DNA of 64,000 nt from an uncultured Chloroflexia bacterium (GCA_963748625.1 CAVVJT010000010.1:992001-1056000); one strand, 5' to 3'; positions 11,269 through 21,636 are shown, counted from the stretch's first letter. Numbers and translations are program-made. The notes: generated from the letters alone by a model not told the origin.

Positions 11269-12464
11269 ATGACCGCTGCTCCCATCGCACCCGCTCCCCG
11301 CCGTGGCTCGAAGCTGCCGATCGTCGTGGGGATCGTGGTCGTCCTCGCCGTCGTGGCGGCGCTCCTGGCCGTCATGGGCGTGCTGCCAGGCGGCGGTACA
11401 GCGGCGGTCACACCCGATCCAGCGGCGTCGGTGCCGGGCGTGATCCCGGCCGACGCGAACGTGGTCGCCGAGGGCCGGGTGATCCCGGCCGTGTCCGCCG
11501 AGATCGCGGCGGCGTCGGGCGGCAAGGTGGCTGTGGTGAACGTCGAGCCGGGCGACACGGTGGCGGCGGGCGACGTCGTGCTCGAGTTCGACCACGCGAC
11601 GGCCGACCTCCAGGTCGAGTCGGCGCAGCAGGCGCTGCTGGCCTCCGTGGCGGGCGTCGCGCGTGCGCAGGCCGGGGTCGACCAGGCCCGAGGCCGGGGT
11701 CGACCAGGCGAGGGCCGGCGTGGACCAGGCCCAGGCCGGGGTCAACCAGGCGCAGGGCAGCCTGAGCGCCGCGAACGGGTCGGTCAACCAGGCGGTCGCC
11801 GCGTGGAACGCCGCGAAGGCGGCCCGCGATGCGCTGCCGAAGGGCACGCCCAATGCCTCGAAGCGCCAGGCGGACGCGCAGATCTCGCAGGCTTCGGCCG
11901 GCATCGCGGCGGCGCGCGGTCAGCGGAGCGCGGCATCGGCGGCGGTGACGGCGGCACGGGCATCGGTCGACACGGCGAAGGCGGCGGCTGGCGACGGCGC
12001 GGGCGGCCGTGGCCTCGGCGCAGGCGGCGCTCAAGGCGGCCGAGGCCGATGCGGAGCGCACGGCGATCGCGGTGCGCCAGGCCGAGGAGGCGCGCGACCA
12101 GTTGCTGCTCACCACGCCGGTCGCGGGCACCGTGCTCTCGGTGGAGCCCGCGGTGGGCGACCTCGCGCAGCCGGGCGCCGTGCTCGTGCGGGTGGCCGAC
12201 ACGTCATCGTGGCGGTTCGAGACGACCGACCTCTCCGAGACATCGATCGCTCGCGTGCGCGAGGGCTCACCGGTCAGCGTGACGGTGGACGGGCTGCCGG
12301 GCGAGGAGATCGCCGCGACCGTCGAGTCGGTGAGCGACTACGGCCTGCCGAGCCAGGGCGACATCGTGTTCCGGGTGGTGGCGGCGCCAACGGGTGAGGT
12401 GCCCGACGGGCTGCGCTGGAACATGACGGTCACGATGGACATCGAGGGCGCATCGGGGAGCTGA
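11269..12464 (+). CDS. HlyD/periplasmic adaptor-type efflux protein, apparently frameshifted twice
   Basis: N-terminal TM, lipoyl half VNVEPGDTVAAGDVV, Ala/Gln coiled coil, LTTPVAGTV...GLRWNMTV. Frames change near 11688 and 12000. Confidence 0.8.
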
Positions 12465-12542
12465 GCGCTCCGGCTCGCCCGCATGCCGGGGCGGGCCGAG
12501 TGGGCCGGGCCGGGCGGGGCAGGCTGTGCAGGCGGTGCGAGC

Positions 12543-12725
12543 GGTTTCCATTCCTGCGGGGATGGAATCGGCCAACAATCCTCGTGGTGAATAGGAATCA
12601 CCTCCGGTATGCGGGGGTCAGACGCCGAACCTCGACCTCGAGGGCTGAGCCCTGCACGCACTGCCTCGGTTCCATTCCTGCACGGATAGATCGGCCAAAT
12701 CATCCTTGTGGGGATGGAAATCGCC
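12543..12725. repeat. Doublet of about 59-bp imperfect palindromic elements (REP-like) between convergent genes
   Basis: ggtttccattcctgc...atcggccaa...atcctcgtgg...ggaatcacc (12543-12602) and ggttccattcctgc...atcggccaa...atccttgtgg...ggaaatcgcc (12668-12725). Confidence 0.7.
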
Positions 12726-12768
12726 CTCGGGCGGCAGCGGCGGCGACCGACGGCCAGCAGGGACCAGG

Positions 12769-14367
12769 TCAGGCGGTCGGGACCGTGTCCACCGTGAGCG
12801 GGTCGAACCCGCCCGTGCGGTGGGCGACCGCATCGGCACCCAGCGCCACGGCGGCGATCCCCAGCGGCTGGTCCACGAGCGCCCCCCGGCCGCCCCGCTC
12901 GAACCCCGCAAGCGCCTCGAGGGCGGCCTCGACGCAGCGTTCGGCATGCTCGCGTGCGACGCCCCCCAGCGTCACGACCCCGCGCGACATGCGCAGCCCC
13001 TCCGCGATACCCGCCGCGGCAGCCGTCGCGCCGACGCCGTCGCGCACGGCCGCAAGCGGGCGCCGCAGCACCATGTCCACGTGCCCGGCATCGGGCAGGA
13101 CGGCCGCGACGATCGCATTCCACGTCACCGCGGCAGCGGGCGGCAAGTCAGGCTCGACGAAGGCGAGGGCGTGCTCGGGGAGGAGCGCGCGCCGCAGGGC
13201 GACCTCCGCCAGCATCCGGGCGGCGGCCGCGGGCTCGTCCACCAGCCAGTCGGGCAGGGCGCCCACGCACACGCTGTCGGCTGTGAGCCCGTCGTGCACC
13301 GCGAGCTCGACACCCAGGAGCTGCAAGGCCAGCGCGCGACCTGCCCGGGTCGCCGGGTTGGACGGCATGCCCGCCGCGAAGTCCTCGCTCACGACGAGCG
13401 GTCCCGCGGGCACAAGGACCCGGACTCCGGCCCGGCACAGCAGGCGATGGGCGAAGACGTGATCGGCGAGCGCGCGATCAGGGTGCACCCGCCCGGCGAC
13501 GATCTCGCGCATCGGATCGGAAACGATGGCGTCGATCCGCTCGAACGCGGCCACCACGGCCTGGTCCGGGGCGGCGAGGGGCTGGGCCTCAGTGAGAAGC
13601 CGGACGTACCCGCGACGGCGCGCGCCCGCCTCATCGACGTGGCGGCGCAGGACGGCGAGCGCGCGCTGGGCGCCGGTGGGGACGGGCGCGCCTGACGGGT
13701 CGTGGGCGTCGAGGCCACCGCGCGACGTGGGCGCCGCCCGCCAGGGCTCGACGAACCCGCCGATCCGGGCCACACCTTCGGCGAGCTCGCGGGCCGGGGG
13801 CACCCTGACGGCGATGACGCCCGCCCCCGCGTCGACGGCCGCGACCGCCTCATCGATCGCGTCCACGATCGCGGGCGACCCCAGCGTCATGCCCACCCAG
13901 GGCGGCGACGCGTCGCCCAGGAGGGCAATCAGCTCGCGGCGCGCGGTGCGGTTGGCATCCACCCGCTCGAGCGCGGACCGCAGGAGGCGTTCAGCGGTGT
14001 CGGTGGCGGACTTCCGGCGGGCGGGATCGGCGAGCAGCTCCGCCTCCAGGCCCAGGTCCACGTTGCCGGCCGCAATGTCGAGCGCGAGCTCCTGCGCGCC
14101 GCGATCGTACTCGTCCATCGCGAGGGCGAACGGGAGGGTGATGCCACTCGCGAGGCGCCGAGGATCGGGATCCAGGAACCGGTCGAGAACCGCAGCGGCG
14201 AGGGGATGGCCGTTGCGGTCCGTCCCGGTGACGCCGAGCATCCGCAGGACGGCCCGTTCCTGGGCGGACGTGGTTGACGCGAGCGCGGTGGTGCCCCAGT
14301 CGGCCGCGAGCGCCCGTGCACGCGCGCGCAGCTCCGCGAGCACGGTGGGATCCCCGACACCAGCCAT
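12769..14367 (-). CDS. Lysine 5,6-aminomutase alpha subunit (KamD)-like protein, highly diverged
   Basis: ARARALA...TTSAQERAVLRMLGVTG, AQELALDIAAGNVDL, AFERIDAIVSD and DRALADH resemble the KamD TIM-barrel layout as recalled from the family. Confidence 0.6.
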   Translation of the reverse strand: MAGVGDPTVLAELRARARALAADWGTTALASTTSAQERAVLRMLGVTGTDRNGHPLAAAVLDRFLDPDPRRLASGITLPFALAMDEYDRGAQELALDIAAGNVDLGLEAELLADPARRKSATDTAERLLRSALERVDANRTARRELIALLGDASPPWVGMTLGSPAIVDAIDEAVAAVDAGAGVIAVRVPPARELAEGVARIGGFVEPWRAAPTSRGGLDAHDPSGAPVPTGAQRALAVLRRHVDEAGARRRGYVRLLTEAQPLAAPDQAVVAAFERIDAIVSDPMREIVAGRVHPDRALADHVFAHRLLCRAGVRVLVPAGPLVVSEDFAAGMPSNPATRAGRALALQLLGVELAVHDGLTADSVCVGALPDWLVDEPAAAARMLAEVALRRALLPEHALAFVEPDLPPAAAVTWNAIVAAVLPDAGHVDMVLRRPLAAVRDGVGATAAAAGIAEGLRMSRGVVTLGGVAREHAERCVEAALEALAGFERGGRGALVDQPLGIAAVALGADAVAHRTGGFDPLTVDTVPTA

Positions 14368-14426
14368 GCGCGCAGTATGCGGGGCGGCCGGGGCCCCCGC
14401 CAGCCGCGGAACGCGGAGTCGGCGGG

Positions 14427-14492
14427 CGATCGCCCGTGGCCAGGCGGTCGATCGCCCGTGGTCAGCCGGTCGATCGCCCGTGGTCAGCCGGT
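14427..14492. repeat. 22-bp tandem repeat x3
   Basis: cgatcgcccgtgg(c/t)cag(g/c)cggt repeated three times, with a degenerate copy to about 14533. Confidence 0.85.
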
Positions 14493-14527
14493 TGTCGGCC
14501 GCGGTCCGCTGGCGGTCATCGCCCGGG

Positions 14528-15316
14528 TCAGCCTGCGGCGTCGCTCCCAGGGCCGGTGCGTGCAACGTGGCCGATCCAGACATGCCCGTCGGCGAAGCGC
14601 TCGGCCTTCCAGATGGGCGCGCGCGCCTTCGTCTCGTCGATGGCGTACCGGGCGGCGTCGAACGCGGCGTCCCGGTGCGGAGCCGCTGCGACCACGAGGA
14701 TGGAGGCGTCGCCCAGCGGCACCACGCCGGTCCGGTGGACGATGGCCAGGCGGCGCACGTCGAACCGCTGCTCGATCTCGTCCGCGATCGCGCCCAGCAC
14801 CGCGAGCGCCATCGGGTCGAACGCCTCGTACTCCAGGCCTTCGACGGCGCGACCGGCATGGAGGGCCGCCTCGGCCTCCTGGCCCGGAGCCGGCGTCCCG
14901 GGCGTGATCCTCGTCCGGCCGAGGAAGACCACGACACCGCCGTCCTCGTCGGTGGCGATGCGGTCGGCCAGCTCGGCACCGAGCGCCTCGTCGAACGGCG
15001 CCTCCCGGATCTCAATGACGCGGATCCGGGGATCCGAACCGGCCTCCTCGCCGGAACCACCGCTGACCGGCGGGATGCAGGCGAGCTCGTCGCCATCAGC
15101 GAGGGGCGTCTCCGGACTCGAGTAGTCTCCGTTGACCGCGAACCGCAGCGACCGGCGACCCGACGCCAGCGCCGGATACACCTCGACCATCGCGGTCCAG
15201 GCATCCTCGACCGTCGCGCCGAGCGGGATCTCGAGCTGCACGAGCCTGGTGCCGGCGATCTCGCGCTGCATCGCGAACAGGCGGACCCGGATCCGCAACG
15301 GCGGCAGCACGCTCAC
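14528..15316 (-). CDS. moaE: Molybdopterin synthase MoaD-MoaE fusion (MoaX-like)
   Basis: MoaD part RVRLFA...FAVNGDY...DGDELACIPPVSGG fused to MoaE part LEYEAF...HRTG...HRDAAF...KARAPIWKAE. Strong GGAGGT RBS. Confidence 0.9.
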   Translation of the reverse strand: MSVLPPLRIRVRLFAMQREIAGTRLVQLEIPLGATVEDAWTAMVEVYPALASGRRSLRFAVNGDYSSPETPLADGDELACIPPVSGGSGEEAGSDPRIRVIEIREAPFDEALGAELADRIATDEDGGVVVFLGRTRITPGTPAPGQEAEAALHAGRAVEGLEYEAFDPMALAVLGAIADEIEQRFDVRRLAIVHRTGVVPLGDASILVVAAAPHRDAAFDAARYAIDETKARAPIWKAERFADGHVWIGHVARTGPGSDAAG

Positions 15317-15327
15317 CCGATCACCTC

Positions 15328-16164
15328 CTAGACCAGCAGCCCGGCGCCGAAGTACAGCCCGGCGGCCACGATCGTGCCGGCCGCCACCGTGCCGACATTG
15401 ATATACAGCAACCCCGTCGCCGACTCCATCGAGCGGGTCTTCGCCGTCTGGAGCGCGGCCCAGGACACCACGAGCGGGAACACCAGGCCCACGAGGAGTC
15501 GGAGCCAGACGAACAGCGCCCAGTCGCCGAACAGCGCCCCGAACGGGCCTCCCGTCGCGCCCGGCCCGATCACCAGGCCCGTCCACAGGACGAACAGGCA
15601 GACCTGGATCGAGACGATCGCCAGCAGCGCCCGCGAGACGACGACGAGCGGCTGCTCGGGAAGCTTGGGTGTCACGAGGTACCAGTGACCCAGGATCATC
15701 GCGGCAAACACGCCACCCGTGGCGAGGGAGAGGATGCTGAGCTGGACGAGCAGCCAGGCGGCGTCCACGGGCACGCCGCCCCACGTGCACGCGCCCAGGA
15801 CCAGCGTGAGGACCCCCGCCGCCAGGCCCGCCACTCCGGGGATGCGGCCACGCCCACCTCGCGCGAGGACGACCGTCGTGACCAGCGCGAGGAGCGTGAA
15901 CGCCGCGAGGGCGGCGCGGCGGGGGGCATCGAATGCCGGATCGCTGGCCACCGGACCCACCACCACCGAGGGCAGCGCCCCGTCCGAGAGCCAGGCGAGC
16001 AGGCCGAAAGCCGCAGCCGAGAAGGCGGTGAAGGCGAGGAAGCCCTTGGTCGCCTCGGTCCGCAGCCGCGCGAGCACCACGACCGTGAACGAGCCCACGG
16101 CGAGCGCCGTGAGGACCGTCCAGTTGATCAGGGCGAGGTTCGCGGCGATCTGCTCCGAGGACAC
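15328..16164 (-). CDS. Conserved-looking polytopic membrane protein (about 8 TM), function unknown
   Basis: Hydrophobic helices with AMILGHWYLVTPKL and SMESATGLLY motifs. Ends 12 bp upstream of moaD-moaE. Confidence 0.7.
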   Translation of the reverse strand: MSSEQIAANLALINWTVLTALAVGSFTVVVLARLRTEATKGFLAFTAFSAAAFGLLAWLSDGALPSVVVGPVASDPAFDAPRRAALAAFTLLALVTTVVLARGGRGRIPGVAGLAAGVLTLVLGACTWGGVPVDAAWLLVQLSILSLATGGVFAAMILGHWYLVTPKLPEQPLVVVSRALLAIVSIQVCLFVLWTGLVIGPGATGGPFGALFGDWALFVWLRLLVGLVFPLVVSWAALQTAKTRSMESATGLLYINVGTVAAGTIVAAGLYFGAGLLV

Positions 16165-16279
16165 CCCGGGAGTGTAGCCGCAGTCCCCCGCATCCCCGGT
16201 CCGGGCCGACCGACCGCAGGGCGGCGGCTGATAATGGCCCGGCACACGACTTGGCGCATGCCGACAGGAGGCCGCACCC

Positions 16280-17008
16280 ATGGCGATCGGACGGGACACC
16301 ACGTTCACGTGGCTCGGGCATGCCGCGGTCGAGGTCCGCACCCCCGGCGGCAGGACCGTCATCTTCGACCCGTGGTACGGCAACCCGACCAGCCCCCGCT
16401 CGGCCGACTCGGTGACAAGCTGCGACGTCCTCCTTGTGACCCACGGCCACGGTGACCACCTGGGCGATGCCCTCTCCATCGCCGCCCGGCTGCGCCCGGC
16501 CTGGCCCTGCATCCACGAGATGAGCCTGTGGCTCTCGCGCCGGCTGCCGGGCGGCGCCGACCAGGTCATGGGCATGAACAAGGGCGGCACGGTCGAGGTG
16601 GCGGGCCTGAGGGTCTCGATGGTCCCCGCGGACCACTCGGCCGGCGACTGGAACGCGGACGCCGAGACCACGCTCTACCTGGGCGAACCCGCGGGCTTCG
16701 TGGTGGAGCTGGAGAACGGGTTCCGGATCTACCACGCGGGCGACACCGCGGTGTTCGGGGACATGACGCTGATCCGCGACCTGTTCCGGCCGGACCTCGC
16801 GATGCTCCCGATCGGCGGGCACTACACGATGGATCCCGTCGGTGGCGCGCTGGCCGCGGAGCTGCTCGGCGTCGCGCACGTCCTGCCGATCCACTGGGGC
16901 ACGTTCCCGGCCCTCGCGGGCACGCCCGAAGCCCTCGCCGCGGCGATCGCGGCCCGCGGCGGATCGGCGCAGGTCATCCCATGGAGGCCCGGCGACACGG
17001 TGTCGTAG
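16280..17008 (+). CDS. Metal-dependent hydrolase, metallo-beta-lactamase fold (UPF0173-like)
   Basis: TWLGHA, THGHGDH, YHAGDT, LPIGGHYTM, PIHWGTF. AGGAGG RBS. Confidence 0.9.
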   Translation: MAIGRDTTFTWLGHAAVEVRTPGGRTVIFDPWYGNPTSPRSADSVTSCDVLLVTHGHGDHLGDALSIAARLRPAWPCIHEMSLWLSRRLPGGADQVMGMNKGGTVEVAGLRVSMVPADHSAGDWNADAETTLYLGEPAGFVVELENGFRIYHAGDTAVFGDMTLIRDLFRPDLAMLPIGGHYTMDPVGGALAAELLGVAHVLPIHWGTFPALAGTPEALAAAIAARGGSAQVIPWRPGDTVS

Positions 17009-17130
17009 CGCTGCAGCGGCGCAGGCGCACCTGCGGCGCGCGCCCGCAGCGCGCGGCCGCCGCCCGGTTCAGGGGCCCTCGGTGTGGGCCGGATCGTGCC
17101 GGACGCACGGGGCGCCTGCCTGCGCGGCGA

Positions 17131-19367
17131 TCAGCCCGGGGGCCCCGCGGTCTGCACGACCACGAGGGCATCCACGGCAACCACGCCGCCCGGTGAAGCG
17201 ATGACCGGGTTGAGGTCGATCCCGACGATCGCCGTGTCATCCACGAGCAGCCTGCCCACCTGCGCCACCAAGGCGGCGAGCGAGTCGAGGTCCACGCCCG
17301 GGCGCCCGCGGACGCCGTGCAGGAGCCGCGCCCCACGCAGGGTCTCCAGCCGCGCCAGCACCTCGGCGTCGTCGACCGGTGCGAGGAGCACGGCCACGTC
17401 GTCGAGCACCTCGGCGAGGATCCCGCCGAGGCCAACGAGCACGGCAGGGCCGAAGACCGGGTCCCGCCGCCCGCCCACGATCAGCTCCACGCCGGCCGGC
17501 GCCATCGGCTCCACGAGGAACCCGCGCACTCGGGCGCCGGCCCCGTCCGCGTTGGCGGCGAGCGTGCGGGTGGCGGCCCGGAGCCCGGCCTCGTCGGCCA
17601 CGCCCAGCACCACGCCCCCGGCCTCGGTCTTGTGGACGAGCCCCTCCGCGTCGAGCTTGACGGCCGCCGGGACCGCGCCCAGCTCCCGCCAGCCCGCGAC
17701 CACCCCGTCCGCGTCGGCGGCCCACCGATACGGGGTCACCGCGAGTCCGGCCGCGGCCAGCAACACCAGGCTCTCCCGCTCCGACAGGGCGCGGGCCGCG
17801 TGTGGGCCGCCCGCCTCGGCGGCCGCGAGGGGATCGAGCGTGCCATCGGCGCTCCACTGGACGTGGTCCGCGGCCAGCGACGGCCAGTCGGGACGACGTG
17901 GACCATCCTGGAGCCGGATGGCCCGGCGCGCCTCCCAGCGCGCGAGGCGCGCGATCGCCGCCAGGGCCTCCGTGGCGCCGCGCAGCATCGGCATGCCGCC
18001 CGCCGCATCGAGCACGGCTTTGACCTTCTCCGAGAGATCGCCCGACGTCAGCGAGATGTGGACCGGGAGGATCTCCGGCCGGTCGGCGGTCGCCTCGATC
18101 AGCGCACGGGACACGGTGGTCGCCACGTCCACCTCGGACGGCAGGTCCCGGAACGGGCTGTCGTGGACCACGGCCAGCACGTCGTATGCGCCCGACGCAG
18201 CGAGCGCCTCGAAGGCCACGCGGTAGGCCGCCCGCTCGTCATCGGCGCCCCATGGGTCGAGCGGGTTGCCGATGTAGCCCATCGTGGGCAGGCCCTCGAG
18301 GATGGCGGCCCGGGCGCCCTCGGGCACCGGCGGCAGGTCGATGCCGGTCTGGTGCGCAAGGTCGGCCACCAGCGAGGCCTCACCCGTGGAGACCGTGACC
18401 ACCCCGGTCCGCCCGAGGCCAACGCCCCGCTGCAGGCGGCCGGTGCCCGCGATCAGCTCCGCCTGCTCGATGAGCTCGTCGAGGTCGTGGCAGCGGATGA
18501 TCCCGGCCGCAGTCGAAGGCGGCATCGGTCACCCGGTCCTCACCGGCGAGGCTGCCCGAGTGCGCGATCGCCGCGGCCTGCGCCTGGGCCGACCGGCCCG
18601 ACCTTGACGGCCAGGATCGGCTTGCCCATCGCGAACGCACGGTCCGCGAGGGCCAGGAACCGCTCGGGCCGCTTGAAGCCCTCCACGAACAGCATGACCG
18701 CGTGGGTCTCAGGGTCGTCGAGGCAGTAGGCGAGGTAGTCGCACAGGTCGAGCACCACCTCGGCGCCCACGGAGACGACGCGGCTGTACCCGATGCGGGA
18801 GCCCGGAGCATGGATGAAGGCGTCGATGACGCTGCCGGACTGGGCTAGTCCCGCCACGTGGCCGCGCTTGAGCCAGGGGTTGACGTCGCTGAGGTAGATG
18901 CTCGAGTTGGTGGTCCAGTCCACCATGCCCATGCAGTTGGGGCCCAGGATCGCGAGGCCATGGCGGATGGCGATCTCGCGCACGGTCCGCTGCATCTCCG
19001 CGGCCGCCTCACCGCCCTCCACCACGCCACCACCGGGGATGATGACCGACGGGATGCCGGCGTCAGCGGCCTGCTGCGTGAACTGGGCGGCCCGCAGCGG
19101 GTTGACGGCGAGGAGCACGGTGTCCGGCCGCTCGGGCAGCGCCTCGAGCGAGGGGAAGCAGGGGGACCCGTGGACCTCGTCGTACCTGGGGTTGACGAAG
19201 TGGAGCCGCGTGGCGCTGCCCATGACCGCGAGGTTGTCGCGCACCACGGAGCCGATGTCGTTGCGGGGGCTGGCGCCGACGATGGCGATGGAGCGGGGCG
19301 CGAACAGCGGGCGGAGGTCGATGGCGGGGACGTGGGCACCGGGCCCCGTGGACGCGGGGGTGGTCAC
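17131..19367 (-). CDS. Acetate--CoA ligase (ADP-forming) family protein, apparent frameshifts at about 18510-18600
   Basis: CoA-binding PRSIAIVGAS, ILGPNCMG, AQSGS, phospho-His region HSGSLAG (in ORF 18380..18811), ATP-grasp HKTEAGGV...DPVFGP...DLNPV. Confidence 0.85.
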
Positions 19368-19377
19368 GGCTCCTCCG

Positions 19378-20550
19378 CTAGCCGACGACGGCGTCGACGC
19401 CGCGCTTCTCGAGGGCGCGGGCGATCACCATGCGCTGGATCTCCGACGTGCCCTCCCAGATGCGGTCCACGCGCAGCTCGCGCAGGTAGCGCTCGGCCGG
19501 GAACTCGCGCATGTAGCCGCGCCCTCCGAAGACCTGCACGGCGCGGTCGGCGCAGCGGTATGCGGCCTCCGACGCGAACAGCTTGGCGATCGAGGCCTTC
19601 GCGTGGACGATCTTGGCGTTGGCGCCCTGGTCCATGAGCCACGCGGCCTCGCGGGTGAGCAGGCGCGCCGCGGCGGCATCGGCGGCCGAGTCGGCCAGCG
19701 GGAAGCTCACGCCCTGGAAGTCGTAGATGCGCTGGTCGAACTGGATGCGGCTGGTCGCCCAGTCCACCGCCAGGGTCAGCAGGCGCTCCATGGCGCCCGT
19801 GCAGCGCGCCCCGATGTGCAGCCGCTCCTCGACGAACCACTCGTTGGTCATGCTGTCGGCCTGACCGATCCCACCCAGGATCGCGTCGGCCGGGACCCGG
19901 ACGTCGGTGAGCGTGAACTGCGGATGCCGGTCGGCGAAGGTGTGGGTGTAGTCCGGGTCATGGCTCATGACCACGCCGGGGGTGTCGTAGTCCACCAGGA
20001 ACAGGGTCGGCAGGCGCTTGCCGTCGTCGAGCAGGTGGCAGTGGAAGATCATGAAGTCGGTGTTGGCGGGCCCGGTGACGAACCACTTCTCGCCGTTGAG
20101 GACGTACTCCCCGGTCGCCTGGTCGAGGACGGCCGTGGCTGCGAGGGTGCGGGCGTCCGACCCCTGACCGGGCTCCGTGATCGCGTAGGACCCGCTGCGC
20201 TCGCCGCGGAGGCTGGGGGCGAGGTAGCGCTCGCGCTGCTCGGGCGTGCAGTGGACGAGCGCGTTGTAGGCACCCGGGATGTGGGCCCAGAGACCGCCCG
20301 TTGCCTGCCCCAGCTGCTCGTGGACCAAGACCTGCTCCAGGGCGGACCAGCCCTGGCCGCCGACGGACACGGGCAGGCTGCCACCATGCAGACGCAGCTC
20401 GATGGCCCGCCGGCGGAGCTCCTCCACGGTGGCGGCCGGGAGGGTGTGCGCGCGCTCGAACGCCGCCTCGAGGGGCTGGAGGTGCTCGACGACGTAGGTG
20501 CGGGCGCGCTCGCGCAGGTCCAGCTGGTCGGGCGAGAGGGTCAGGTCCAT
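19378..20550 (-). CDS. Acyl-CoA dehydrogenase
   Basis: YAITEPGQGSD, LNGEKWFVT, QVFGGRGY, IWEGTSEIQR. Confidence 0.93.
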   Translation of the reverse strand: MDLTLSPDQLDLRERARTYVVEHLQPLEAAFERAHTLPAATVEELRRRAIELRLHGGSLPVSVGGQGWSALEQVLVHEQLGQATGGLWAHIPGAYNALVHCTPEQRERYLAPSLRGERSGSYAITEPGQGSDARTLAATAVLDQATGEYVLNGEKWFVTGPANTDFMIFHCHLLDDGKRLPTLFLVDYDTPGVVMSHDPDYTHTFADRHPQFTLTDVRVPADAILGGIGQADSMTNEWFVEERLHIGARCTGAMERLLTLAVDWATSRIQFDQRIYDFQGVSFPLADSAADAAAARLLTREAAWLMDQGANAKIVHAKASIAKLFASEAAYRCADRAVQVFGGRGYMREFPAERYLRELRVDRIWEGTSEIQRMVIARALEKRGVDAVVG

Positions 20551-20625
20551 GCGGCGGAGTGTCGCGGAGCGCGCCGCTGCGCGGACGGGTCAGTCCCGGC
20601 GGCCGGAACAGGGTCGCGCGGTTCG

Positions 20626-21552
20626 TCAGGCCTCGGGCGTGCGCAGGCGGATCCCCGCCGCGTCCTCGGCCAGACGCACCGCGGACAGGCCGCCGGCGTC
20701 ATCGCCGTAGAGCGCGCGTGCCCGCCGGTGCAGCTGCTCCACGAGGGCCGCCAGCTCGAGCGGCACCCCCACGTCGCGTCCCAGGTCCACCGCGAGCGCC
20801 AGGTCCTTGGTGGCGAGATCGAGCGTGTAGCTCGCGTCGTAGTCGCCCGCGAACACCCCCTCGATGTCCCGCCGCAGCAGGATCGAGCCCGCAGGCCCTT
20901 CCACCACCGCACGCCGCAGGACCGCGGTGTCCACCCCGGCCTTGGCGCCCAGCACCAGGACCTCAGCGGAGGCGGCCGCGTGGATGAGCCACAGCATGGT
21001 CAGGCACAGCTTCACGACGTAGCCCGAACCCCGCCCCCCGACATGCTGGATGCGCCCCGGAGACGCCACCGCCTCGAGCACCGGCCGCACCCGGTCGAGG
21101 TCGGCAGTGGACCCCCCGACGAACACCTGGAGCGTGCCCGCGTCGACCTCGCTGACCATCCCCGCCACTGGCGCGTCCAGCACGGCAACCCGCCTGTCCG
21201 AGGCGTCAAGCCCGATCGCACGCGCGACGGCCGGTGACGACGTGCTCATGTCCATCCAGATCGCGCCCTCGCGCAGCGCCTGGAAGGCACCGGACCTGCC
21301 GGCCATCACCGCCTCGATCTGCGGCGGGCCGGGCAGCATGGTGATCAGGATGTCGCACGATGCTGCCGCCCCGGGCGCCGTCTCGGCCGCCACGGCACCC
21401 AGCGCGACGAGCGGCTCGGTGGCCTCCGTGCGGGCGTCGAAGACGACCATGGCGAACCCGGCCTGCCGGAGCCTGGCAGCAACCGGTGCGCCCATGCGCC
21501 CGAGACCGATGAAGCCGACGACGGGGCGGTCGGAGCCGGTGGGCCAGCGCAT
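20626..21552 (-). CDS. NAD(P)-dependent beta-hydroxyacid dehydrogenase (3-hydroxyisobutyrate DH family)
   Basis: VGFIGLGRMG, DMSTSSP, LDAPVAG, KDLALA. Alternative start at 21585. Confidence 0.85.
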   Translation of the reverse strand: MRWPTGSDRPVVGFIGLGRMGAPVAARLRQAGFAMVVFDARTEATEPLVALGAVAAETAPGAAASCDILITMLPGPPQIEAVMAGRSGAFQALREGAIWMDMSTSSPAVARAIGLDASDRRVAVLDAPVAGMVSEVDAGTLQVFVGGSTADLDRVRPVLEAVASPGRIQHVGGRGSGYVVKLCLTMLWLIHAAASAEVLVLGAKAGVDTAVLRRAVVEGPAGSILLRRDIEGVFAGDYDASYTLDLATKDLALAVDLGRDVGVPLELAALVEQLHRRARALYGDDAGGLSAVRLAEDAAGIRLRTPEA

Positions 21553-21591
21553 CAGGGCCCCCCTCTGGGTGTTGGGCTTGGGCATGGCTCA

Positions 21592-21635
21592 GGGCTCCTG
21601 CGGCATGACGGCGGGCTTCTGCGGCATGACGGCGG
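21592..21635. repeat. 21-bp tandem duplication
   Basis: gggct(c/t)ctgcggcatgacggc repeated twice. Confidence 0.7.
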
Positions 21636-21636
21636 A

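Noticed and set aside
14427-14492. Short repeats (also 43595, 46698, 34567) as CRISPR arrays
   Set aside because: They are tandem without unique spacers, or too degenerate and too few, and there are no cas genes in the window.
14528-16894. Long N-terminal extensions on MoaD-MoaE (788 aa), the KamD-like ORF (811 aa), IlvD (917 aa) and LeuA (699 aa) ORFs
   Set aside because: The extensions overlap neighbouring genes in other frames, and internal starts with an RBS or -10 box give normal-length proteins.
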